Of a stretch of 64,000 nucleotides of DNA, positions 1-13,292 are shown in pieces; positions within the stretch are counted from its first letter, which is position 1; the number at the start of each line of letters is the position of its first letter. Below the pieces are notes generated by a model. That model had not been told where the DNA came from. It did not search any database and was given only the letters and a program-made list of their open reading frames with translations. The DNA lies in contig OZ024740.1 in assembly GCA_964016885.1 (NCBI GenBank), positions 335,668,001-335,732,000 on the forward strand, given 5' to 3'. The translations under genes and the position numbers were made by a program. This DNA comes from Eledone cirrhosa (Eukaryota).

Positions 1-115
1 CGATGGACTGGCGTCCTGACTAGGGGTGAGTCTTGTACTCTCCTTCGCTTCACGCATTGAAACCAGGATAAGCACCGGCCTAATGAACATTAACTAGCTT
101 AAGACAGACTTTAGA
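1..115 (+). mobile_element. 3' part of a SINE-like repeat, cut by the window edge
   Basis: cgatggactggcgtcc...ggggtg...gaaaccaggataagc...agacagacttta resembles SINE central and tail sequences; recognised by eye. Confidence 0.4.
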
Positions 116-1138
116 CAGTAAATAAACTGTTTTGACATAAAAACTCTTTCTATAACAGGTTAATTGTTAAATATTTATCAAGGTAATTCTTCAATCATAA
201 TTTTCCTTAAGTACTCAGGTGAACATGTAATTAACTACACTCTCAGTGAATGTAGAAATCGAGGGAAAATAAAAATTGAATACCTTGTAAGATTTTTAAC
301 TCAGAGCAAAGAGATGTATGAAATTAAATACTAAAACTCATATAGTTCGGTGCTCTACTGCGGGTACCGTTGCACACTGATGATTGAAGCATATATATTA
401 CCTATTTTATTGGAAAGCGGCAAATGGAACAAAACTATTCATCTATCATTTAACCTCTTGTTTCAAAACCAGTTCTAGATGATATCATTCTTCCGCATCT
501 TATTTAATGCAACAAAGAAACCAATGCAGATCGTAGAAAATATATTCAAATGGTTATATGCAGAATCAAAAAAAAATCATAAATACTGGTATTTCAGTGA
601 AATATTAATATAACCAAAATTCTTATAAAAATAGAATTCTGTAATAAAAAAGATATTCGCTAAACTCAACCAACATACAAACAAACAAAAATATCGTTTT
701 TCATTCTATATTAGTCTGAAAAGGCATAAAGAAATTATAAATTAGAAATACATAAAAAAAACTGGCGATGTCAAAGACATTAAAATTGCATTAGAATTAC
801 ATTAAATTTCCTGGACAAAATTACTTAGCCATGTTTTTTAAATTGCAAATTTGTTGAAAGTTCGAATCGTTATATTTTCTTTACTTTTTTTACTAATATA
901 TTACCGGTCTGAGTGGAGAAGAAAAACAATAAGAGAGAGGTGAAAGGGAGAGGGGGTGTTTGTGTGAATGTATGCGTGAGAGTGTGTGCACACGAGGGTA
1001 TGGATGTGTTAGAAAAGATTTAGTATTGATTGAGAATTAAAACGTTTGCATTTGACAGCAATGCGTATCGCTTTGTAATACAACCAATTCAAATATATCA
1101 CTTCCTCTCTCTCTCTCTTTCTCCCACTTCTCTGCAGA

Positions 1139-1676
<538 letters not shown>

Positions 1677-1956
1677 TCACATTACCCAGCAACACAATAC
1701 ATGTCTAAACTAGCCAAAATACATCATATATAATACAGTTACAATTTAAATAACATTAAATTTTGTAATGTACTGGGTAATTTCTGGCCTTGTGCCAATA
1801 GTAGAAACAATTAAATTTTATACTACAACAGAAATTATCCTTTGTACCGGGTACTTTTCAATGGGGATATTAGTTCATACAGTGTTAACGGAATGCTACG
1901 ATATATATCACTTTTCCTTAGGCAACTAGATATAAACATACATATACATATATATA

Positions 1957-2048
<92 letters not shown>

Positions 2049-2157
2049 TAAAAGGAAAAGAAAAAGCTGACAAATTGTTCCCAGTGAAAAATAGTTTAAT
2101 TAGGAATAAGTAAAAATTAGTAATAAGTATTGGTTAGTATTCAGTTTTAGTTTTAAG

Positions 2158-2194
2158 TTTTTACCGGTTGCGCATTTCTAATGCTTTTAAAAAA
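2158..2194 (-). ncRNA. Degenerate minimal hammerhead (U3-A8 type)
   Basis: Minus strand reads TTT TTTAAAA GCAT-TAGAA-ATGC GCAA CCGG TA AAA. Same layout as 35406-35443, with two core substitutions and a compensatory helix II change. Confidence 0.45.
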
Positions 2195-2550
2195 TAATTT
2201 TGAGATAGAGCGCCCGTGATGTTTGCTCTAATCTGTATATATATATATATACATATACTATAAATGATGTCCTTAGAATCATTTGATAAGATATATACTT
2301 AATTTCCTCTCCCACTTAGCATAATCAACCACACAAAAAACCAATTAAACCAGGCTATAAAATTAAAAGGCACCTGTGAAGAAATAATAGATAAATAAAC
2401 GATAGCCATTTAATCGCGATCAATAGCCATAGAATATTTACCAATCATTTCAATAGCACGTGGAAATCGATTAAATATATCGTCAACCATACACAATTAG
2501 GTATAAAATTAAAGTTAGAAGAAAAAATGCATATACACATACCAGCAATA

Positions 2551-2634
2551 CGTTTCTACCCCTTAAGGTTTCGTTCGCTTTCGGAAATATCCTATCAAGG
2601 ATAAATTCTCGGGCTTCGAACTCATCAGGAAACA
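2551..2634 (-). ncRNA. Type I hammerhead ribozyme with extended helix II
   Basis: Minus strand reads TGTTTC CTGATGA GTTCG-(~39 nt, partly paired)-CGAAC GAAA CC-TTAAGG-GG TA GAAACG; all core nucleotides canonical. Confidence 0.8.
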
Positions 2635-2957
2635 AACTCACTTGGACAAAGATTTTTCTTAAATGATCCCCGCCAGAAACGAATTCAAAATGGCTAAGAA
2701 CTGTGACGTGGCAGTGGTCAAGTCAGAAAGAATGTGATTGGTGCCTACGGTTAGTAGACTGGTTGCTAGAAAGCGCAGCCTAATATTGCCCAAATTGCAT
2801 CTCAACCTTATGGGAGATTATCAAATATAAAAATTTACATATACACAAACTAGACAGAGTTATAGATATGTTATTGGCAACCACTCACGATGTGGCTCAA
2901 TGATGAATTAATAAATTAAATAATCAGAGCAATATACTATAAATTATGTCCTAAGAA

Positions 2958-3027
<70 letters not shown>

Positions 3028-3044
3028 TTATATATAAGATTTCG

Positions 3045-3895
3045 CTAAACATTACACTAATATATCCTATTTAGAAGAAGTAATTTTACATGCCCGAAAA
3101 ACTCTACTTTTTGCCAAAAATGAATATCTTGGGTAAAGAAATCTAACCCAGAAAACCCTTTTGAGCTCCTTTAACAGTGACGTTGTGTGTGTTTTGGTCG
3201 GTTTGTTCCTTCTACACACAATAAAGGAAAAACTCCCAGGTCATACCATCGGGTTACGGACTAACAGTTTCTCATACCACCAATGGCCATGACCTCAACA
3301 CTTTTCGTAAAGATTTAATTAAATTATTCTCTGACCTAAATCTTAAAATTACTATAGCTACTAATCTTACCCACGTAAATTTCCTTGATATAAACCTTCA
3401 CTTACTCACTGCTTTATTTAAACCTTACCATAAACATAATGAGAATCTTAAATATATAAATAAACAATCTTGCCACCCTCCCATAGTATTTAAAAACCTC
3501 ATCCCTAATATTAGGAACATTAAAGGCAATTATTGAGGCAATTATAAGACCTATTCACAACACCCAACTTTCTACCGGAGAATGTTATGTGGGCATGACG
3601 CAGGATACCTTTAAAAAAAGATACTATGCACACGTCGCTTCCTTTCGACACCAGGATAAGAAGAAAACAACGGCTCTGGCAAATAGAGTGTGGAAGATGA
3701 AAGAGCATGGGATTCCATATGAAATTGATTGGTGTATTTTAGACCAATCAAAAGAATATGTTAAAGGCACAAGGTGTACCTTGTACGTAACAGAAAAATA
3801 TAGAATTCTACAAAGTCTGAAATCTTCTAACACCTAATTCTGAGATATTTAAAATTTGCCCACATATAAGAACTTACCCCCTTTCTCGGTATTAA
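3045..3895 (+). pseudogene. Decayed Penelope-like element (RT C-terminal half + GIY-YIG endonuclease), Naiad-like signature
   Basis: Broken frames read ILHARKTLLF, VCVLVGLFLL, NLKITIATNLTHVNFLDINL, YINKQSCHPP; ORF 3589-3837 reads GMTQDTFKKRYYAHVASF...TALANRVWKMKE...IDWCIL...CTLYVTEKYRI. Confidence 0.8.
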
Positions 3896-4649
3896 AACAC
3901 CATTTTGTACACTTACCCACCCTGAACACTCTCCTTTTCACACATTCAACACTTATATATTACACCTTGAACACTCTCTCTTACACAATGGACCTTATAT
4001 TACTTTAAACACAATGCACTTATATTAAGCCCTTATTTTATATTACACATATTTTATTCATTTCTTCTTTTTCCTTATTTTTACTTTGAACAATCTCTCT
4101 AACTTTACATTTTCAACACTTATTTTATTTTATTTTACTTAATTTTATACTTATTTTACATATTATTCACTTGTTGACTGAACATTCTCTCTCATTTTAC
4201 CACCTTGGACCTTTATCACATACTTTCAACAACAAAATATTTTTACAGCTCTGTTCTATACATAGAGCACTCGTTTTTCCTTTGCCTTTATCACATTCTT
4301 TCAACAACAAAATATATGTATATATTTATATTTATATATTTTTAATGCTCTGTTCTCTACATAGAGCACTCCTTTTTTCCTTTGCTTTCTCTTCGGAATC
4401 ACCTAACACATATATTTTTATATACATTTTATGTATATATATATATATACATATATATATATCTTTGGCGCCATGCAGTTGAACAGAAGACCCGCCTTCC
4501 CTTGCATACAAACCTACAGTCAGTAGACACCTCTTAACCCAATATACACCCCAACCCAACACACCCTACCCCAACCTCCCATTTCCGTCCACTATATTGG
4601 TGACACAACAAAAAGTACCCACTGTAAAATGGTCGTGTAGGAGACATTG

Positions 4650-4845
4650 TCAAAGGGCTCCCAGTACACATTGTAAAAGTGGTTGGTGTTAGGAAGGGCA
4701 ACCAACCGTAAAGAACCTACCAGTGATACTTCCGTACGAGCGAGACACGATCTTGCGGCCAATCCCCCATCAAATGGAACAAAACCGTCTAACTCATGCT
4801 AGCGTGGAAGATGGACGTTAAACGATGACGATGATGATGATGATG
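4650..4845 (+). mobile_element. SINE fragment with (GAT)n tail
   Basis: gtggttggtgttaggaagggcaaccaaccgta...catgctagcgtggaagatggacgttaaacgatgacgatgatgatg resembles an octopod SINE 3' end. Confidence 0.6.
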
Positions 4846-5454
4846 AATTCTAATAAATGACAGGACAGAACAAACAACTATTCAGCTACTCGGTAAGAGT
4901 AGACAACCTCCACACTAAACACTACCAATGAGATGAACGCAAAATAATTCCATTGCAGTACAGAAATTGACACGAAACAAAGAACAAACCAAGGCACAGT
5001 CTACAAAGAGCGTTTACAGTTGGAATATTGATTTACAGTTTTTAACTGCGACCGCCATTCCTAGATTTTTTACTTTCCATGATAATTACGTCCCCATCCT
5101 TTCAATTTTCCATACGAAGTAGTGTCTCGGTAGACGAGTTTTTTTATCTCCCCTTATTTCCAACTATTGATAATAGTTGGAAATAGTAGCGTCATATTTC
5201 TTTTCTCTCTCTCTTCCCTCAGTGTTATCACATATTTGCCTTCCGCATGTGTCTATAGTCTAGAGCAGTCATGGGTCTTAATGGCTCACCTAAGTCACCT
5301 AAGTGAAATCTTCCTGATTTTTTTACACAAACTTTTCAGTCGTGATTTATCTTTCTATCATGTTTACGATAGAGGAAAACAACGTGTACGAATTCTGAAG
5401 AAACAAATCAAAACAACCAGATGTACCGCCATTTTTTTTATGTGAGCACGAATG

Positions 5455-5532
5455 TAAATCAGTGCTTGCGGCCCGCCTGATGATGAGCCATATCTCATGC
5501 TGCCCGCTTCTCAAAAAGGTTGCCCATGCCTG
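5455..5532. mobile_element. hAT/Charlie-like MITE terminus
   Basis: gcggcccgc...aaaaaggttgcccatgcctg; reverse complement CAGGCATGGGCAA is a Charlie-type TIR; partner end not seen. Confidence 0.45.
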
Positions 5533-5795
5533 GTCTTGAGATAAGGAACGTAACCTCAGTATCGCTACTCGACATTGTCTATATTTTTTCCTTTCGTCTG
5601 AATGTTTTAGTTGTACAGTGACGCATTGAAATATTTGTCTTTTTCGATTATTTTTCTGCGTGGTTAGTTTGTATTCTACGTGATGTACCCATAGTTATTT
5701 AAACACTATTTACGTTTCTTGTCGACTGAATAGCTGTTCGCCTGTTCTTTGATTCGTGTCGCAATATCTGTACATGTGCGCATATATATTCGTTC

Positions 5796-5849
<54 letters not shown>

Positions 5850-5914
5850 ATGTGTATGTGTGTGTGTGTATACATATATGAACGAGTATATATGCGTACA
5901 TCTACAGATATTGC

Positions 5915-6030
5915 AGATATATGGGGTAGCCATGGGCACAAGAATTGGCCCCAACTATGCCAACCTTTTCGTTGTCTATGTTCAGGCCGAAATCTTTGCC
6001 CAATACACGGGTCCCACGCCCGAACTGTAC
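5915..6030 (+). pseudogene. Penelope-like RT fragment
   Basis: QIYGVAMGTRIGPNYANLFVVYVQAEIF matches the PLE RT motif GxAMGx...YANLF, as in GTAMGTKAAPTYANL of the 31971 ORF. Confidence 0.75.
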
Positions 6031-6148
6031 CCTGCGGGTTCAGAATCAGACATATCCACACAATGATCACGTCTCCAGCTGTCCACCAGCGAAACAATTG
6101 TTACACACAATAAATTAAGCTCAGATGCATCACTGATTTTTCGTTTTC

Positions 6149-6280
<132 letters not shown>

Positions 6281-9200
6281 AAGTAGATATATGTATGTAT
6301 GTATATAATGGTAAACGTTTTTGTCTACAAACTAAGAAAAGTAATGAATACATGAAGTAGTTGGTATATACTATCAGACGTTACCGCTTGTTGAGACTTA
6401 ACTCTGAGTTTTAAGTTATCGATTAGTCAAACGATGGAAGCAAAACAAGATATTACAAAGATATTTATACACACGACTGAATATTATTATTCATCGAGAT
6501 TTGATTGGTTCAGTTGGAATATGTGCCGTGCGTTCACCTATTCAATTGTCATATGCAGAACATCTGATTTTTCTTCTATTTACATGCAGTAACAGGTGAC
6601 ATTCAGTGATAGAATGATGTAGAAACAGACAGACATCAAGAGCCAGAGGTAGCGTCAAATAGAAGCTGAAAAATATGAGGAAAGGTAGAGATAGACAGAC
6701 ATGGATAGATAGATAGAGACAAAGAGAGAAAGAGAGAGCGTCACACACACAGAGAGAAAGAGAGAGCAACACACACAGATTGTGACTATTTTGTGAAAAT
6801 GTATGGCAATGCTTTGTTACTATGACAAGTATACATTTAATCTAACATATTTATTACGAAAAATAAATCTTCTATAACTACGATATTAGATTGATGAACG
6901 TTGAATTACATTTGTGGCTCCATTATCAGAGGCGAATGAAGCTACATTTAGCTAAATCGATCAATAATTAAAATTATTAAATTGATTTTATGGTTATAAT
7001 TACTTTAATTCTATTCATTGATTATCGGAAATTAGGATTCATAGTGACTCTGGATTGATTCATAATGAAATAAAATGACTAACAACAGCAAAGTTACTAA
7101 TATATGTTAAGTTGGTTGCATTAAAATTGTAGATTGCATTAAAACGCCATTTCAACATAATTATGCGGTGAGGAAAAAGAAAATATTCGTCATTGACTAT
7201 CATTCGCGTTTGAAGCTGTAGTGTACCTGAAAATATGTGTTGCCGCATTTAGTCGTATTCCATTACGCTTTAAGTAGCACATGCCAGGGAAGTCGAATTT
7301 GCCTTTCATTCTTCTGGCATCAATAAAGTACGGTACATGTCAAGATCTGGTCGTGTATGTAAAAATATGTTGTGGCTTTGTGTCTATGTTAGAAACTCAA
7401 AAATGTTTAAGCAAATACGAAAGACAACTCAGGATATGTTTCAATTATATAATGACCATCTTCAGTAACTCATAGTCATTATCGTAACTGTCGAAGAAGA
7501 GATGAGAAAATCACTGGGTATATATACACTTTAGAGGAGTAGTTGGCGCAGAAATCAAAATTGCTGTGGCATTAGATTCGGCAGTGTATTCCACATTAAA
7601 TAAAATGATATGCCGCCTTTTCGAAGCCAAATTCCTTTCAAAGAGATACTACTATATTTAAAATATTTTCTATATTCAACTTGTAGTAGATTCCTCCAGC
7701 CAATAATCACAGAATATCATAACCACATGTTAGATTAAAAGAGCTATAAAAGAAGTATCTATATGGTTGCAAAATCTGTTAAAAATAATAATCATATCTC
7801 CTTGAAATCATATCTTGTAACCTTAAAAATATCAGAAAGAACACATATGTTCATATAGTCCAAGATGACACACCAAAAGAAATGGTTGGTCACAGCTAGA
7901 ATGTTTAATTGGCCTCAGGCTAAACTACCTTAATCAACTATAAGTATAGGATATCATTAGATAGAGAGTGAGAGAGAGTGAGGTGAGCAGACAGAAAAAC
8001 AGAGAGAGAGTGTCTGTTGAATGATAAATTTCTTGGTCATAGGTGCAATACATCGTCAGTTCCAGATGCGTTAGAGCTTATAGGAGGTTGATCAATCCAC
8101 TAGAATATCAACCAAACTCACTTCAAAACTGAAATAAATTAATGAATCTAGAACTACATTATCCTATGTCTGAGATTATCATAACTGGAATGTCTTTGAT
8201 CAAAGGTCTGTTGAATAAGAAGCTAAATAATAACAACAGTAGTAACTACAACATTAACGACGACGATGAACTGCAGAATGAGCCAATATTAAATATAATC
8301 TCTCTGATACTATAGAATCTGAGATGCTATTCGTCATTTAAGACGATAGCTTATGGTTTGAGAGATATATGGCTGCTATTTCTAGCTGACATAGTGACCA
8401 GCTAGAAGCTCGTTTTCGAACGTCATATTGTCACGAAGAAGGAGGCAATAAGCCGAGTAAAACAAGAGAAATCTCGAGGCCATGTCTCAGTATACAAATT
8501 TAGCTTTTAATTGCTACTGTTATTATCTACTCGTTCAATGTCACTGAGAAGTATCTTGAGCAAGTGTCATTTACTATAATGCCTGGTCGACTCAAGCCAT
8601 GCGAGTGACATTGAGTCGACTAAAACTGTCTGGAAGCTCGTCAGATGGACTGTACATGTAATTCAAAAGGCCGGCATTGTCAAATACGGTGTCATGGTGA
8701 ATTTGCCAAAAATGTATGTTAATTGTACACCTGTCTCTGGAATGCTCAACCACATACACGTTGATTTCACGAGCAGGCTGTTTCGTTGAGCGAATAACTG
8801 AGGCAGACATCGTTAAAACGACGAATGTCCTTTCCAATAGGCTATTACACTTGGAATGTGCTAAGTGCATCTTATCTTATTTCGTCTCTCTTTAGCCTTT
8901 CGTACCTCTCCAAGAAACCGTATCTAACGAAATGATTGATTAGTAGATATGAGCAGTGGTATGCCTGCCATCAAAGCGTTTTGTTTACAAAATCAAAGTG
9001 ACTTGTTTAAAGTTTTCACTTAGAAGAACTTATTTTCAGAACAATGTAGAAAAAAATTCGAAAAACTTACTTTCCTTCGTTAAGAATTATTGCAAGATAA
9101 GTTAGAGTGTTAAACCGATTCTAACGGCAGGTATATAGATGCGTGTTGTGCAAAGCTATATTGACTAACAGAACACCTACGGCTGTGAAGCAAATTAGTT

Positions 9201-9449
9201 CACAACAAAGGAAAAGTGTTGAAGTAAATTATCGACAGTTGAGGAAATTAGATAGAATTGCCGTTGTCAATGAACTAATGGAAAAATCGTTATACTTTTT
9301 TTCTTTCTTTTCGTAAAGACTCCGTGAGGTAATCAAAAACTGTTATACATTGATACGTGCACACATACATACATACATACGTGTGTATTCGTGTGTGTGT
9401 GTATTGCTAGGAGTGTATGCGTGTGTGTCCGTGTGTGTGTGTGCATGTG

Positions 9450-9547
<98 letters not shown>

Positions 9548-10166
9548 TATGTGTCTGTGTGTCTCTGTGTGTATGTCTGTGAGCGTGTGTTTGAGTGTGT
9601 TTGTGGGTGCGCGCGTGTGTGTATGTGTGCGAGTGTCTGCGTGTGTGTCCGTGCGTGTGTGTCCGTGTGTGTGTGTGCATGTGTATATATATATATATGT
9701 GTGTGTGTGAGTATCTGTCTGTGTGCCTGTGTGTGTGTCTGTGAGTGTGTGTTTGTGTGTGTGTGTGCGCGCGTGTGAGTGTGTGTTTGTATGTGTGTGC
9801 GCGTGTGATTTTTAGTTGCAAGTTGGATTTAAAAAGAAACAAGGTTAAGTTGGCATTTCCTAATTTCTTCGATCAACTGGCAAAAGACATTAAAGGAAGA
9901 CACTTCATCATTTGACAACTTTCTTGAGACATCTTTATTACGCAATTCTTTACATGCTGCTATTACACTTCTCAAAGTGATGTTTAGTGAATAGTTTTTT
10001 TTATCTATTACGAAGTATCAATGATTTATATACAAATGAATGTCAATCTTTTTAACTCCATGCAGCGCCATGTGGAATAACCTCTGTGCTATGATGGCTT
10101 TTATGTAGTCACTCGACGTGCTGGAAATAGCAACAAAATATTCCTTCACACATCATTCATCAGTCA

Positions 10167-10354
10167 TAATTGTTTCTACTTTTGGCACAAGGCCAGCAAT
10201 TACCCAGTGTATTACTGGTACTTTATTTTATCGACCCCGTAAGGATGAAAGGCAAAGTTAACCTCGGCCGGATTTGAACTCAGATCGTAAAGGGACGTAA
10301 CTATGCTGGAAAGCATGGCGTCCGACCCTCTATCGATACTGCCAATCCACCGCC
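10167..10354 (-). mobile_element. tRNA-derived SINE, young family S1
   Basis: A-box TGGCAGTATCG, B-box GAGTTCAAATC, central gcctttcatccttacggggtcgataaa, tail gaaacaatta; near-identical to copies at 31531, 49353 and 50381. Confidence 0.9.
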
Positions 10355-11338
10355 TTTCAGTCCAAATAAAAGATAGTAACATTATATAAGGTAGGAGAAT
10401 CGACAGAAAAGTTCATAGGCTGAATATGACGGATTGATGCTAAAGGTGTACAATCATGCATGCATCTAAACTATAATAAAGTAAGGAGTGCGGCACTGCG
10501 TACGGTTTATAATTGTTTATCCTATTAGTAAAATAAGTTGGATTACTTTGAATAAATAATGAATGAATATTACGTAATTTATCTACTAAATTTCGTAGCT
10601 GTTGATTAAATATATTTCATCGTTTATTTAAATATTCACTTTTTTTAAATTTTAAAATTTCAACATTTCCGGTTAGCGATCGCTTAAATAAACATTCATA
10701 TATTTCCGTCACTAATTTTCTTGCAGTTTATATATAGTATCGTGTTTTGGGGGATTATGTTACTGATTACATAAGACAGTGTAACGCAGTCTTCGTTCAA
10801 TTTCTGTGGATATTGTCAATTGCAATTTTATTTGATGTATCATATCTACATGCATATATACTTGTGTATAATATCAATATGCACACTACACATGCTAGCA
10901 GAAATCCACGCAAAGGGTGGTTTTTCTGCTAGTTAAATTAAACTCTTGTTAATAGCTTTATTGTTCTTTTTCAGGGATCATGTTGAAAGATAAATCTCAT
11001 TTGGTCATGCTATAAGAGTATCTTGTTCAGCCTATAGACTTTTCAGTCTATGAACTTTTCAGCCGATCCACGTAGTCCGACAGAGGGCATTTAATGATAA
11101 ATCTGCTTGACATGTATATATATATATGGACATTTTGACAAACTAGTGGACATAAGAGCTCCGTTGTTTGTTCAAAAATGCAGGAAGATTGAAACTGGAA
11201 AGTAGGCATGTCTAAAAGAAAACATGATTGCACACACACACATATATATGGGTATATATATATGTGTGTGTGTGTGTCAAACCTATGTTTGATCTAGGAA
11301 AGCTTATTTCTAAAGCAGTAATTTCAATAGAGTGAGTA

Positions 11339-11450
<112 letters not shown>

Positions 11451-11728
11451 GATTTTAACAGCAATTCCGAGAGTCCGGGTCTGGTTATCACTTATTTTGA
11501 TTTATTTTGTTTTGACCTGTTTAGCTTGATTTGGTTTTGGGCTTGGGTGGTTAATCCTTCTTGACCACCTTTTCAGTTTTGTATGGCTTCAGTTTTGTAT
11601 GGCTTCTTAACACATTGTTTAGCTCTGGTTTTTAACTATTGAGCACTTTGCCAGTATCATTTCTGATTTTTGCGTTTCGCTTCGCTTTTCCTGCCCGCCG
11701 AATATGCGATTCTCGCTGAATCTTTATT

Positions 11729-11799
<71 letters not shown>

Positions 11800-12241
11800 G
11801 GGGAGGGAGGGAGTGAGAAAGAGAGTGAGATTTCAATTATGGCACCTAAATTCTGCAAGAATTTCTTATCGGATTGTCACTTAGTCAAATATAATGTCCA
11901 TATTTTATTTCACTACTATTTCTATTGTCCTTTATCTATCTCGCAGCATCCAATATGTAAGAGCACGGAATATCCCTTATCATACCATATGTGCTCTGAA
12001 ATATCTGCGGGTATTTTTTTTCGAAGTCTCTTTATTCTGATATGTAAGGTATGATCTGTTTCTCTTTTCAATTTCAATGTAATTCTGACTGGAATCTCCC
12101 GATATGCTTGTAAATGTTTTAATGAATTTTGTAAAGGCTCCGCGCTCTAAACACCACGTTGCCATAGGAGGAGCTTATACAAATACCTACACAGACAGAG
12201 ACACAAACACACACATATATAACTTTATATATATATATATA

Positions 12242-12304
<63 letters not shown>

Positions 12305-12306
<2 letters not shown>

Positions 12307-12480
12307 GGTACCATGGGCCCAGGACGATGTCTCAATAAGTGTAACAAGTGTAGTGTTTGTACCAGAGTTTTCAAGTCGCTGGCTGGACTAAAAAGTCACA
12401 CTTGTTCAGCGCATCGGTAGGGGTTCTCCTACATGGATATAAAGTAGTGGCTGTACCCGAAAACGAGTTGGCAGCCACCA
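12305..12480 (+). mobile_element. RTE-clade LINE 3' terminal fragment
   Basis: Encodes [17 protein letters not shown] (C2H2-like ORF end); terminus ggctgtacccgaaaacgagttggcagccacc resembles 21351-21380. Confidence 0.55.
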
Positions 12481-12503
12481 TATATATATATATGTATATA
12501 TAT

Positions 12504-12544
<41 letters not shown>

Positions 12545-12615
12545 CATAGATACATATATACATATATACATATATATATATACATATATATATATATAGA
12601 GAGAGAGAGAAAATG

Positions 12616-12687
<72 letters not shown>

Positions 12688-12688
12688 C
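12616..12688. repeat. (GATA)n microsatellite
   Basis: Direct inspection. Confidence 0.95.
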
Positions 12689-13242
12689 AGTCATCAAAAC
12701 TCACAACTCATATCAGTAGGAAGTCAAAGCCTTGACAAAAAGCGTAACTGTATCGCATATAGGTAATGAGGAGCCTGGAGTCATGTCTCCCCCCATAAAA
12801 ATTCTGAGTTCAAAAGAAGTAAATGTATAATTTACAACCCCTCAAACACACATTTACCCGCATCGCATTGCCGATGTTTGTCTATATATATATATGTGTG
12901 TGTGTGTGTGGATATATGTACATACATTGATATGTGTACGTATATTCATACACACATATATATATATATATATATAGGGAGAGAGAGAAACACATAGTAC
13001 TTTGTACATATACATAAAACATAATATTTGAGAAACAGTATATATTTTAATGTGACATAGTTATATACTGTTTCGTAAATATGATATGCTTTATATATAT
13101 GTACAAATGACTGCATTTCTCTAATGATATATGGCTGTAGGCATATCTTTTTTTATTTGAATTATTGATGCTCTGGACATTGAGTTCCTCTGCCGAGAAA
13201 CATATATATGTTATGGTACGTTAAATTAGTATATGGGTGTAT

Positions 13243-13287
<45 letters not shown>

Positions 13288-13292
<5 letters not shown>

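Noticed and set aside
5477-5500. CTGATGA followed by a TGAG/CTCA stem
   Set aside because: No GAAA or helix III follows; it lies within a hAT-like MITE end
6900-7260. Unique AT-rich stretch with homeobox-like sites (also ~23500-23550 and ~44000-44120)
   Set aside because: Short motifs are expected by chance; cross-species conservation would be needed
11690-11725. CCGAATA T GCGA-TTC-TCGC T GAATC, hammerhead-like
   Set aside because: Three core mismatches and no pairing helix I
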